Positions 31,451-41,265 of a stretch of DNA of 64,000 bases are shown here, piece by piece. The translations under genes were made by a program, and so were the position numbers. The notes beneath the pieces are model-generated. The model saw only the letters and a program-made list of their open reading frames with translations, made no database searches and was not told the origin of the DNA. The DNA lies in contig CBFCZV010000006.1 in assembly GCA_965602855.1 (NCBI GenBank), forward strand, positions 13,181 to 77,180, in the 5' to 3' direction. The first letter of the stretch is position 1. Each line of letters opens with the position of its first letter. The stretch is from an uncultured Gammaproteobacteria bacterium. GTDB taxonomy: Bacteria; Pseudomonadota; Gammaproteobacteria; SZUA-229.

Positions 31451-32806
31451 TTAAATAGTGATATTCAGTTTTTTAATCAAATCATATAATGTTGGTCGAC
31501 TAACACCTAGCAACTCAGCTGCAGGTGCTATTTTTCCATTCACATGTAATATAGCGCGAGTAATTGCCTGACGCTCTACTTTTTCTCTTATAACTTTTAA
31601 ATCATAATTCATTCTTTCTGTAGGTGCCGTATCTAACTCAAGATCTGCTGCCGTTATATATTTTTCATCCGACATGATAACCGCCCGCTTTATTCTATTC
31701 TGTAACTCACGTACATTACCCGGCCACGCGTATGCTTCCATGGATGCAAGCCCATCTTTACTAAAGCCTTTTATCTTTCCACCATGCTGTTCATTAAATT
31801 CATTAAAAAAATATTTAGCCAGCAAAATCACATCTCCCTCACGATCTCTTAACGGTGGAATTTCGAGTGGGATCTCACTAATTCTATAAAACAAATCTTC
31901 CCTAAACTCACCTTTCTCAATTCTTTCTCTCAGATTCTGATGTGTTGCACACACAATACGTACATTAACAGGAATTGGTTTATGACTGCCTATACGCTCG
32001 ATAACTCTCTCCTGCAAAAATCTTAATAATTTTGCTTGTAAGGCAATTGGCAAATCCCCCATTTCATCGAGAAATAACGTACCACCATCTGCATACTCAA
32101 TCTTCCCCTTCGTTTGCTTTACCGCTCCGGTAAAAGCACCTTTCTCATAACCAAATAATTCACTTTCCAATAAGTTATCGGGTATTGCTGCACAGTTGAT
32201 AGCAACAAATTCACCTTTATTATTTCTTCCTTTTAGATGCAGTCCTCGTGCACAAATTTCTTTACCTGTACCACTTTCTCCGAGCAATAGAACCGTTGCA
32301 TCTGATGGCGCTACTTTTTCAACGGCCTTACACACACTTTGCATCTGTGAACTACAGGCAATGACTCCATTAAAGTGCTCGTGCCCTGATAAATCATGCA
32401 ATTTTTTATTTTCAAGCTCTAGCCCATGAAGCCTAAATGCACGTTCTACGATGAGACCCATTATTTCTGGCTGAAACGGCTTGGCATAAAAATCATAAGC
32501 CCCGAGCCCAACTGCTTGCATGGCATTTTCTTTTTCATCTTGCCCGGTTACTACTATAACCTTTGTATTGGGCTCAATTTCCAAAATACCTTTCAGTGTA
32601 GCAAGGCCTTCAGAGGTGTTATCAGTCTCCGGTGGCAATCCAAGATCTAGAGTTACCACAGCAGGCTTATGTTGCCGTACCTGCTCAAGAGCGCTTTCAC
32701 GATCTTCAGCTAGTAATATGTCGTAATCTTCAAAACACCACCGAATTTGACTTTGCAAACCGGGATCATCTTCAACTATCAGTAACTTATTCTTTTCTGT
32801 TGGCAT
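31451..32806 (-). CDS. prsR: PEP-CTERM-system sigma54-dependent response regulator
   Basis: Receiver domain (VTLDLGLPP), GESGTGKE, GAFTGA and Fis-type HTH (LGVSRPTLY); next to prsK. Confidence 0.93.
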   Translation of the reverse strand: MPTEKNKLLIVEDDPGLQSQIRWCFEDYDILLAEDRESALEQVRQHKPAVVTLDLGLPPETDNTSEGLATLKGILEIEPNTKVIVVTGQDEKENAMQAVGLGAYDFYAKPFQPEIMGLIVERAFRLHGLELENKKLHDLSGHEHFNGVIACSSQMQSVCKAVEKVAPSDATVLLLGESGTGKEICARGLHLKGRNNKGEFVAINCAAIPDNLLESELFGYEKGAFTGAVKQTKGKIEYADGGTLFLDEMGDLPIALQAKLLRFLQERVIERIGSHKPIPVNVRIVCATHQNLRERIEKGEFREDLFYRISEIPLEIPPLRDREGDVILLAKYFFNEFNEQHGGKIKGFSKDGLASMEAYAWPGNVRELQNRIKRAVIMSDEKYITAADLELDTAPTERMNYDLKVIREKVERQAITRAILHVNGKIAPAAELLGVSRPTLYDLIKKLNITI

Positions 32807-32835
32807 CTGCTTTATTTACCATAAAATCATACTAT

Positions 32836-32852
32836 TGTCGAAATATTTTACA
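32836..32852. promoter_or_regulatory. Candidate PrsR box 3 in the prsK-prsR spacer
   Basis: TGTCGAAATATTTTACA; its reverse complement TGTAAAATATTTCGACA closely resembles box 1. Confidence 0.6.
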
Positions 32853-32864
32853 TTCAAAACGAAA

Positions 32865-34934
32865 TCAAACACCATTATTGATGGGAATTCGGACAATAAA
32901 ACTCGTTCCTTCACCATATTCACTGAACACTTCAATTTCACCACCGAAAGATGAAATAATTTCTCTGGATTCATAGACCCCTATTCCCATACCTTTTTCA
33001 CCCTTGGTTGTCTTAAAGGGCTTAAATAACTCAGTTTTTATAAAATTCTCAGACATTCCACAGCCTGTATCCTTGATTTCTATCGCAACCCAGCCGTCCT
33101 GTATGGAGACTATAAGTTCAATTTTTCCATTATTTTCAGTTGCATCCTGAGCATTTTGAACTAAATGACCAAAGATCGATTGCAATTGACCTCGGTCTCC
33201 AGTTACATAACATTGTTTCTCTTTGCACATTAAGACTGGAACTGGTTTTCTCCCTGTCTTTTCACGATTAATCACAAGCTCTTCCAGAAGCTCAATAATA
33301 TTAACCATTACAAATGGCATATTTGTACCTTTGCCCTGCAACATTCCCATCATTACGTTCATTTTATCAACAGAATTTGAAATTGTTTTTATTACATCTT
33401 CCATAAACAATGGATTTCCCATATGTTTTTCTGCATTGCTGGTAATTAATGACAGCTGTGTAATGAGATTTTTTATATCATGCAGCATATAGGTCGAAAG
33501 CTTGTTATAACTTTCAAATTGCTTAGCTTCAGCTAATTGCTCAGAAACATCTCGTTGCACAATAAATGACGCTGCCTGTCTTGCAACAGTATTTAAAAGA
33601 TCACTATCCTCCCAATTAAAATGCTTATTATGAACTTTAGAATGATTAAGAACGATGAAACCTATTAAATCATTAATATGTATTAAAGGAACAATAAGCC
33701 ATGCTGATATATCATAAATCCAGGAAGGGAGATTTAGCTCACCAAGGCGTGAGTACACTTCTGGCGACATATCAAGCTCATCAACACATATTACAAACTT
33801 ATTTTTATCCAGAAATTTTATTAGCGATGAATCAGAAGATACTCTAGTGTCTATATCTCTTATATGAAGTGACTCAACACAGCCATAATATCCTGCCTCG
33901 TTTCTAAGCCAGAGCATACCTCCTGGGCTATCAATTATCTGAGTTATTGATAATATCGTCTTCGAATAGAAATTTTGGTCATCCTCTGTACTAGATATTG
34001 TTTTAATAAATCTTAGCCACTCATCTCGATAATCATATTTATAGGGGTAAAAATGTTTATTAAGAAAAACTTTCCAGCGTGCACGGATACGCTCAGAAAA
34101 GAGAAATAGCAATAACGATAATATAGTAAAAAATAAAAGAAAAGCTTGCGCTACCAGTCCCCAGCTACCACCGAAATCTCGGACATAGTAACCAGCTACA
34201 CCCATTGTCATAAGATAGACTGCACTCGCCAATAAAGTTGTGGTATGAAATACAACCTTTCTTGAAATAAAAATCTCTGGTGACCATAAAGGATCTTTAA
34301 TAATGGCAACTCCAATTAATGGAACAACCAGCGCGTCAATAAATCCTCTTGCATGCCATAACGTTAAATCGATACGCTTATATAAAAGCGCATCCGAGTA
34401 CATATAAAAATCAAAAACATACATGCCACCAAGTCCAAGACATAGGAACTTTATAACCTGTCTCTGCTCAGGCCTGGTATTTCTATAAAGTTGTTCAATT
34501 AGGACAATTCCAACAATAGAAAGCAATAAATGACTTGTAAGCAAATAGTTAAAATTATTACCGAATGTTGTTGCGCCATTGTTGAGATATTGGTATATAA
34601 CCGGAACCAACATTGCAGAAACAAATGCAACTATAGAACCTAGGGCAAATATGAAGTTTTTTGTCGTAATACCAGCGCCATAAGCAACACTAAGCATTCT
34701 CAGCAAAAGCGCTATCCAGCTTATACTCTTTACAAACTCCAGAACCTGTGGCGTTATAAGGTCACTCCCCGTCATGGCCTGGTAGGACATTGAGAAAGCC
34801 CAAACACTGCTGGAGAATGCAGCGATAACAAGAAGAATCTTAGCTGAGCCTTTATGCTTATCTGTAAGCAGAGCTGCAAAAAAAATAAGGAAGGCTATAG
34901 CGCTAATCGAATAGCTGGCTGCTCCGATATTCAT
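32865..34934 (-). CDS. prsK: PEP-CTERM-system histidine kinase
   Basis: Multi-TM N-terminus, KYDYRDEWLRF, GAF-like region, HDIKN H-box, NAQDA, DTGCGM and GMGIG. Confidence 0.93.
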   Translation of the reverse strand: MNIGAASYSISAIAFLIFFAALLTDKHKGSAKILLVIAAFSSSVWAFSMSYQAMTGSDLITPQVLEFVKSISWIALLLRMLSVAYGAGITTKNFIFALGSIVAFVSAMLVPVIYQYLNNGATTFGNNFNYLLTSHLLLSIVGIVLIEQLYRNTRPEQRQVIKFLCLGLGGMYVFDFYMYSDALLYKRIDLTLWHARGFIDALVVPLIGVAIIKDPLWSPEIFISRKVVFHTTTLLASAVYLMTMGVAGYYVRDFGGSWGLVAQAFLLFFTILSLLLFLFSERIRARWKVFLNKHFYPYKYDYRDEWLRFIKTISSTEDDQNFYSKTILSITQIIDSPGGMLWLRNEAGYYGCVESLHIRDIDTRVSSDSSLIKFLDKNKFVICVDELDMSPEVYSRLGELNLPSWIYDISAWLIVPLIHINDLIGFIVLNHSKVHNKHFNWEDSDLLNTVARQAASFIVQRDVSEQLAEAKQFESYNKLSTYMLHDIKNLITQLSLITSNAEKHMGNPLFMEDVIKTISNSVDKMNVMMGMLQGKGTNMPFVMVNIIELLEELVINREKTGRKPVPVLMCKEKQCYVTGDRGQLQSIFGHLVQNAQDATENNGKIELIVSIQDGWVAIEIKDTGCGMSENFIKTELFKPFKTTKGEKGMGIGVYESREIISSFGGEIEVFSEYGEGTSFIVRIPINNGV

Positions 34935-34991
34935 CGTAAATAATTATAGCGACATATAATCATAGTAAAGTCATAAACAAATAACTTGTGA

Positions 34992-35012
34992 TTATCCCTT
35001 ATCCCTTATCCC
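34992..35012. repeat. (TTATCCC)x3 short tandem repeat
   Basis: Seen directly in the prsT-prsK spacer. Confidence 0.8.
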
Positions 35013-35027
35013 ATATTATTTTTTTAT

Positions 35028-37427
35028 TCACTTAAACTTCTGTAGCTGAATCTCGGCATCAGCCTTACCCGGAAAGTTTCCGTTATTAGCAAGTGAGTTG
35101 GTTAGATAAGCTTTGGCTGAAACCTCATCCCCAGTTTTATATAAAGCCATCCCAAGGTGATAATTAAATACTGGCACTTCAGGTGATTTTTCAACAACCG
35201 ATTTCAAAACAGCAACTGCTTCAGAATAGTCACCAGTCTTATAATAAACCCAACCAACAGTATCAAGTATCAAAACTTGATCAACGTTTTTAAGCTTGTC
35301 GGCAAGTTGTTTAGCACGTTTCAAACTATCTTCATCCTTACGGTACTCAGACAAAAGTGCAGCAAGATTATTCGCCAAGACAACCGCATTACTATTTTTC
35401 TCTAATGCCTTTTCATACTCATTGATTGCTGCATTGTAATCACCAAGGCCTTCATATATTCTTGTAAGTCCTAGTGTCAGCTTCAGATCACTTTTCAGCG
35501 CTGCCAGCCCCTGATGCAAAACCTCAATAGCTTTCTGGTTATCTTTATCCTTAATATATATATTAGCTAGTTGTAGATACGGTTCATTCCAATCTGGCTT
35601 TGTATCCATTACTTTAATCAGACTAGTTTTGGCGTCGTCTGCACGACCTGATGCTATTTGCACCCTGGCCAAGAGCATGTACAGCTCTGCTGTCTCACCA
35701 TTTTCTCGGATCGCGGATTTCACTTTACTTATTGCCACATCAAAACTCTTCTTGGAAACATGAATTAATGCTAAAAGTTCCAATATACGATTCTTTTCAC
35801 TAACCCTCTTATAACCTCGCTCTAATAGACTGACCGCCTCATTTTCTCTTTTCTCTGTTAGCATATATGGAACAGACTGAATGTATCCGTTTGGCATATC
35901 TGGATATAATTCAATCATCCGCGAAGAATATGGTTTTACTTCAGAAAACATTTTCCTATCGTTCAACAATGTGCTTTTGTACGATAACGCTTCATAATTA
36001 TTGGCGTCAATAGAGAGATAATTATCAATAACTTTTTCTAATTGAACTTTGTTTTTATTCCTGGCGTGATATCTTGCAAGCGACATTAATCCTTCTGCAT
36101 TAGCTCTATTATTTTCATATGCTAGATCTATGATCTCAGTGGCCTGTTCCTCTCCACCGTTAGCTCTAAGTGCATTGGATAATAAGAAATATGCTTCCAT
36201 ATTTTCCGGATCATCTTTAACCACGATTCTGAGCGAAATAATAGCGCCTTCATATCCCTTATTTAGCATCTGTAGCTTAGCTTTAATAAAATTAACTTCA
36301 GCATCATTAGGAGATATTTTATACGCATCATCTATAACGCTTGTAGCGGCATCAATGTTTTTCTTCCGCATATATAGATTAGCAAGATATATTCTGGATT
36401 TAACCACTACTGAATCCTCGGGGAAATCAGAAGCCGCAGATTTAAATATTTTTTCTGCATCAATCAGATTATTTTCAGTCACATACAATTTACCAAGAGA
36501 AAACCATAACTCAACCATTTTCGTGTTCTTCTCTATGAATGACTTCAGCTCCTCAATAGCTTTTAGGTTACCTCTGGTTTGCTGTATAAAATCAACTAGA
36601 ACCAATTTTCTTTCCAGATCTTTATCGTCTTCATCAATGGCATTACGCAAAACTTCTTCGGCTTTATCAGCCTTATCTATTTGCCTATAAAACATAGCAA
36701 GTGTTAAATGATTTGAAAACACCTCAGGTTTCTGGTTAAGGATTGCTTTATATTCCTTTTCAGCCTGATCGTATTTTCCAGCACTTAGGTAAGCATTCGC
36801 CAACAGATTTTTTAGAATACCATTATTAGGATTCAGCTTTATGCACGCGTTAAGCACATTAATGGAGTCATCATATTTCTTGTTACTTAGATAAAGTGAC
36901 GAAAGAAACTGGGCATTCTGGACATGCTCAGGCTGTCTCGAAAAAATATCCTGCACAATTTTCTCGGCAGCAAGAGCATCATTCTGTTTATAAAGAATCC
37001 CCGCCTTGAGTAACAGACCATTTACATTAGTAACATCCTTACCAAGTATTAGATCTTTTTTTTCTATTGCCGCATCAATATCTCCTGCTAATATGAGATG
37101 ATAAGTACCTATTTTTGCGTGATATTCAAGATTATCAGGGTCAAGTTCCACTGCCTTTGAGTAATTACCGTAAGCTTTTCGATATTCTTTCTTCAGGTTA
37201 TATATGTCACCCAACTGAAAATAAGCCTGCGCCTCTTTTGGATCAATCTGAAGCACATTTTTTAATTCTATGCGCGCTTTATCCAGATCACCTGCGTCCA
37301 ATGATAGCCGGGCTTTCTCCAGGTACACAGATTTTCTTTCTTCGGCACCACCACAACCAACTAGTGCTATCATGATAATTGTCGTGATCAAAAAATGTTT
37401 CATGTTAATTAACTCTTGTTTTGTCAT
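35028..37427 (-). CDS. prsT: PEP-CTERM-system TPR lipoprotein (PrsT-like)
   Basis: Lipobox LVGC, ARIELKNVLQIDP, many TPRs, NNLA and DTVGWVYY; adjacent to prsK. True start may be the later MKHFLI. Confidence 0.8.
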   Translation of the reverse strand: MTKQELINMKHFLITTIIMIALVGCGGAEERKSVYLEKARLSLDAGDLDKARIELKNVLQIDPKEAQAYFQLGDIYNLKKEYRKAYGNYSKAVELDPDNLEYHAKIGTYHLILAGDIDAAIEKKDLILGKDVTNVNGLLLKAGILYKQNDALAAEKIVQDIFSRQPEHVQNAQFLSSLYLSNKKYDDSINVLNACIKLNPNNGILKNLLANAYLSAGKYDQAEKEYKAILNQKPEVFSNHLTLAMFYRQIDKADKAEEVLRNAIDEDDKDLERKLVLVDFIQQTRGNLKAIEELKSFIEKNTKMVELWFSLGKLYVTENNLIDAEKIFKSAASDFPEDSVVVKSRIYLANLYMRKKNIDAATSVIDDAYKISPNDAEVNFIKAKLQMLNKGYEGAIISLRIVVKDDPENMEAYFLLSNALRANGGEEQATEIIDLAYENNRANAEGLMSLARYHARNKNKVQLEKVIDNYLSIDANNYEALSYKSTLLNDRKMFSEVKPYSSRMIELYPDMPNGYIQSVPYMLTEKRENEAVSLLERGYKRVSEKNRILELLALIHVSKKSFDVAISKVKSAIRENGETAELYMLLARVQIASGRADDAKTSLIKVMDTKPDWNEPYLQLANIYIKDKDNQKAIEVLHQGLAALKSDLKLTLGLTRIYEGLGDYNAAINEYEKALEKNSNAVVLANNLAALLSEYRKDEDSLKRAKQLADKLKNVDQVLILDTVGWVYYKTGDYSEAVAVLKSVVEKSPEVPVFNYHLGMALYKTGDEVSAKAYLTNSLANNGNFPGKADAEIQLQKFK

Positions 37428-37541
37428 ATGCTTTCTGATAATGATGCATGTATCAACTATGTTCTTCTATACGGTAGCTGATGATTCAAGAAACCATTGG
37501 CGCACTGATTGCGATTCCTGTTAACGTATATTTCATCTTCT

Positions 37542-38630
37542 TTATTCATAGTAACGATTAGTTCTATAGCCTTCTTTCTCACAAAGCGCATCACGTTTAG
37601 CAATCATAATGTCGTGATCTACCATTTCTTTAACCATTTCTTCCAAGCCTATCTTAGGCACCCAACCTAACTTCTCTTTTGCCTTTGTAGGGTCGCCTAA
37701 TAGCGTCTCAACTTCCGTTGGCCTGAAATAGCGTTTATCCACTTCAACCAGGCAATTTCCCGTTGATGTATCATAGCCTTTCTCATCAACACCAACACCT
37801 TTCCATTCCATTTCAATACCAACCGCCTTAGCTGCCTTATTGACAAAATCTCTAACTGAATACTGCACACCTGTCGCAATCACAAAGTCCTCTGGACTAT
37901 CTTGCTGCAACATTAACCATTGCATTTCTACATAGTCTTTTGCATGTCCCCAATCTCTTTTAGCATTCATATTTCCTAAATACAGATTATCTTGTAACCC
38001 TAGTTTTATTCTCGCAAAAGCACGCGTAATTTTTCTTGTTACAAAGGTTTCTCCTCTAACAGGAGACTCATGATTAAATAAGATTCCATTGCAAGCATAG
38101 ATCCCATACGCCTCACGATAGTTCACGGTAATCCAGTAAGCATAAAGCTTTGCTACAGCATAAGGAGACCTGGGATAGAAAGGTGTTGATTCTGTTTGAG
38201 GGGTTTCCTGAACTTCACCGTAAAGCTCAGAAGTGGATGCCTGGTAATAACGCGTTTTTTTCTCTAGTCCAGCGATACGAACCGCTTCCAGAATACGAAG
38301 AGCACCCATGCCTACCGAATCAGCAGTATATTCCGGACATTCAAACGACACAGCAACATGACTTTGAGCACCAAGATTATAAATTTCATCAGGTTGTATT
38401 TCCTGAACAAGACGCACCAAATTCATAGAGTCGGTGAGATCGCCATAATGCAATTTAAATCTCTGATTTTTCTCATGAGGATCCTGGTATAAATGATCAA
38501 TACGATCAGTATTAAAAGAAGAGGCTCTTCTTTTAATACCGTGTACTTCATAGCCTTTATCTAATAGAAACTCAGCCAAATAAGCACCATCTTGTCCAGT
38601 AATGCCTGTAATCAATGCAGTTTTACTCAT
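37542..38630 (-). CDS. gmd: GDP-mannose 4,6-dehydratase
   Basis: [34 protein letters not shown] and [16 protein letters not shown]. Confidence 0.98.
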   Translation of the reverse strand: MSKTALITGITGQDGAYLAEFLLDKGYEVHGIKRRASSFNTDRIDHLYQDPHEKNQRFKLHYGDLTDSMNLVRLVQEIQPDEIYNLGAQSHVAVSFECPEYTADSVGMGALRILEAVRIAGLEKKTRYYQASTSELYGEVQETPQTESTPFYPRSPYAVAKLYAYWITVNYREAYGIYACNGILFNHESPVRGETFVTRKITRAFARIKLGLQDNLYLGNMNAKRDWGHAKDYVEMQWLMLQQDSPEDFVIATGVQYSVRDFVNKAAKAVGIEMEWKGVGVDEKGYDTSTGNCLVEVDKRYFRPTEVETLLGDPTKAKEKLGWVPKIGLEEMVKEMVDHDIMIAKRDALCEKEGYRTNRYYE

Positions 38631-38693
38631 ATCAAATCAACTCTAAATCATTAAAAAAACAAACATGTAACGCAGTTACAGTACCAAAATTAT

Positions 38694-40421
38694 TCAGTTT
38701 TTTGTATTTGAATTAATATATCCCTCGCGCACAAGATATAAATAAATATCTTCCGCCGCTTGTATTGGAGACATATTTTCAGTATCAATAATTAATTCGG
38801 GATTTTCTGGTATATCGTATGGATCACTGATACCTGTAAATTCAGGAATTAATCCTTTCCGCGCTTTCGCATACAACCCCTTACGATCCCTTCTTTCACA
38901 TTCCTCAAGTGAGGTCGACACATGAATCTCTATAAATGTACCATACTGCTCAATGCTAGCACGCACCTCTCTTCGCATCTTAGCGTAAGGCGCAATTGGC
39001 GCACAGATGGCAACTCCCCTGTTCTTGGTGATTTCACTGGCTACATAACCAATACGCTTAACATTTATATCCCGGTCTTTTTTAGAAAAACCCAACTCGC
39101 TGGATAGATTATGCCTAACCACATCGCCATCAAGTAATGTAACAGGGCGTCCACCATGCTCGATAAACTTAGCATAAACAATACGAGCTAGTGTTGACTT
39201 TCCTGAGCCCGATAGACCTGTAAAAAATAAAGTAATGCCCTGTTTTTCACGCGGAGGACATGCTTGATACATCGCTGAAAGAACTTCTGGGTATGTTACC
39301 CAATGAGGTATTTCCCTATTTCTGGAAATCGCTTCTAGTATCTTGTCATTTGAACATCTAATACCGCTACAATCAGAATCATTATCTAAAACCGGAACAA
39401 ACCCGCTTTTTTGCTCGTTAAAACAAAGCTCTTCTGCATATATGATCTTAATATCAAGAGCATTTTCATACTCTTTTATATATTGCTGTGATGCACCCGT
39501 GGGATAAAATCGAATTGCATCATCCCTCACATTAGGAGGTGCGGCATGCTCTGCTCCAACAATATAATGCGAACAGCCATAGTTCTGTCTTATTATGGCA
39601 TTCATTAAGGCTTCACGTGGGCCTGCCATTCGTAGTGCTGCGGGAAGTAATGACAATTCAACTAAGCCTTTTGAATAGTATTCTATTATGGCCTGGTAGC
39701 AATGAACGCGGGAATAATATTGGAGATCCCCTGGCTTTGACATGCCGACGACTGGATGTAACAGAATATGCGCATTAGCTTCATTGGCGGCAAGAGTCGT
39801 TATCTCCTGATGAACACGATGCATTGGCTTGCTTGTGTGAAATGCTACTATATTGCGCCAACCAAGCTTATCAAACCTTTGACGCAATTCTTTAGGCGTA
39901 TTACGTAACAGATCAAAATCATAATGAAATGGAAGCTGAATGCCGTGAATACTGCCACCAACATAATAAGAGCCAACAGAATCATATAAATACTTTACAC
40001 CAGGATGCCTCTGATCTGATGTTCCATATATAGCCTCAGCCTCTCGCTCTTTATCGACTCGCCAAATACTTTCAACCGATAATACTGCTGGCATAAAACC
40101 TTCAGTATCTCTCAATGCCAATTGGCTGCCTATTTCAAGATCTGAAAATTCTTCACCAACATCAAGGCAATATGGGATTGGCCAAATAACGCCATTAGGT
40201 AAGCAAGTATTATCAATGACGGAGTTATAAACCTCCTCTGTCATAAATCCTGTTAATGGCGAGAGAGCACCATTCAGTAACATTTCTAGATCACATTGTT
40301 GACGTTGTGAAAGTACAATGGTTGGAAAATCTTCAGATTTTACTTTTAGCAGCTCTGCCTCTTCTTCAGGTAAAAGAAGATCTTTCAGCTCTCCCTGATA
40401 AGGTGAAATAAGGTGGCTCAT
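38694..40421 (-). CDS. cysC: Sat-like domain fused to adenylyl-sulfate (APS) kinase
   Basis: N-terminal ATP-sulfurylase fold (SPLTGFM, MAGPREAL, RQNYGCSH) and C-terminal APS kinase (GLSGSGKST, LLDGD, RDRKGLY, FTGISDPY). Confidence 0.9.
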   Translation of the reverse strand: MSHLISPYQGELKDLLLPEEEAELLKVKSEDFPTIVLSQRQQCDLEMLLNGALSPLTGFMTEEVYNSVIDNTCLPNGVIWPIPYCLDVGEEFSDLEIGSQLALRDTEGFMPAVLSVESIWRVDKEREAEAIYGTSDQRHPGVKYLYDSVGSYYVGGSIHGIQLPFHYDFDLLRNTPKELRQRFDKLGWRNIVAFHTSKPMHRVHQEITTLAANEANAHILLHPVVGMSKPGDLQYYSRVHCYQAIIEYYSKGLVELSLLPAALRMAGPREALMNAIIRQNYGCSHYIVGAEHAAPPNVRDDAIRFYPTGASQQYIKEYENALDIKIIYAEELCFNEQKSGFVPVLDNDSDCSGIRCSNDKILEAISRNREIPHWVTYPEVLSAMYQACPPREKQGITLFFTGLSGSGKSTLARIVYAKFIEHGGRPVTLLDGDVVRHNLSSELGFSKKDRDINVKRIGYVASEITKNRGVAICAPIAPYAKMRREVRASIEQYGTFIEIHVSTSLEECERRDRKGLYAKARKGLIPEFTGISDPYDIPENPELIIDTENMSPIQAAEDIYLYLVREGYINSNTKN

Positions 40422-40467
40422 AACATTAGCAAAGTATATAGACCTTTGAAAAATTCAAAAGAGATAA

Positions 40468-41241
40468 TTAATAAACTGATTTATTAAGTACTGTACCAAT
40501 AATATTTGTCACTGACAAAATGTCCACGGCCTGCGTCAAGTCGCTTTCTTTAGTTACATCATCTTCTATCACAATAAGAGAAGCATCAATACAGGGCGCG
40601 ATAGACATCGCATCTGCAGTACCTAATATAGGAGGAAGATCAAATATAATTATCCTCTTTGGGTAGTGATCTTTTAAAGTTTCAACCAGACCGCACATCT
40701 TGGGTGACCCCATCATTTCAGAAGAACTCACTAATGAGTCACCACCTGGAAGCAGAATAAAGTGCTCGATTCCTTCTGGCCGGTAAAGAACATCTGATAA
40801 CTCAATATCACTGCGCAAATAATCACATAAACCATATTTTGGCTGGATACCGAAATATTCATGGATAGTAGGGCTCCTTAAATTAGCATCAACAAGCACA
40901 ACAGAGTACTCAACTTCCTTTGCGATGCTGATTGCTAAATTTATTGCCGCTGTTGTTTTACCTTCTCCTCCGATTGGGCTAGTGACTGACAGTGTAGTCC
41001 AACGATGCTCTTCCATGCGCTGAATCACCTGTATACCCAGAATATTATATGCATCAGTGTATTTATCGTCAGCAAGAGCTGTTGACACCCTGCTCTCCTG
41101 CATTTTCTCAACAGAACCCTTTATAAGTGGAGTTGCATCATACTTAACAGGAGAATCAATATCGCCTGAGCCAGCATTAGGAGTTTGCGATGCACCTCTT
41201 TCCTGTCTTGCTCTATCAAGTGCCTGCTTTATTTTTTCCAT
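40468..41241 (-). CDS. CpsD/CapB-family BY-kinase (Wzc cytoplasmic domain)
   Basis: Walker A GEGKTT, LVDANLR, IFDLPP and GTVLNK. Confidence 0.9.
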   Translation of the reverse strand: MEKIKQALDRARQERGASQTPNAGSGDIDSPVKYDATPLIKGSVEKMQESRVSTALADDKYTDAYNILGIQVIQRMEEHRWTTLSVTSPIGGEGKTTAAINLAISIAKEVEYSVVLVDANLRSPTIHEYFGIQPKYGLCDYLRSDIELSDVLYRPEGIEHFILLPGGDSLVSSSEMMGSPKMCGLVETLKDHYPKRIIIFDLPPILGTADAMSIAPCIDASLIVIEDDVTKESDLTQAVDILSVTNIIGTVLNKSVY

Positions 41242-41265
41242 TGATCTAAAACCTGAGAAATAATG

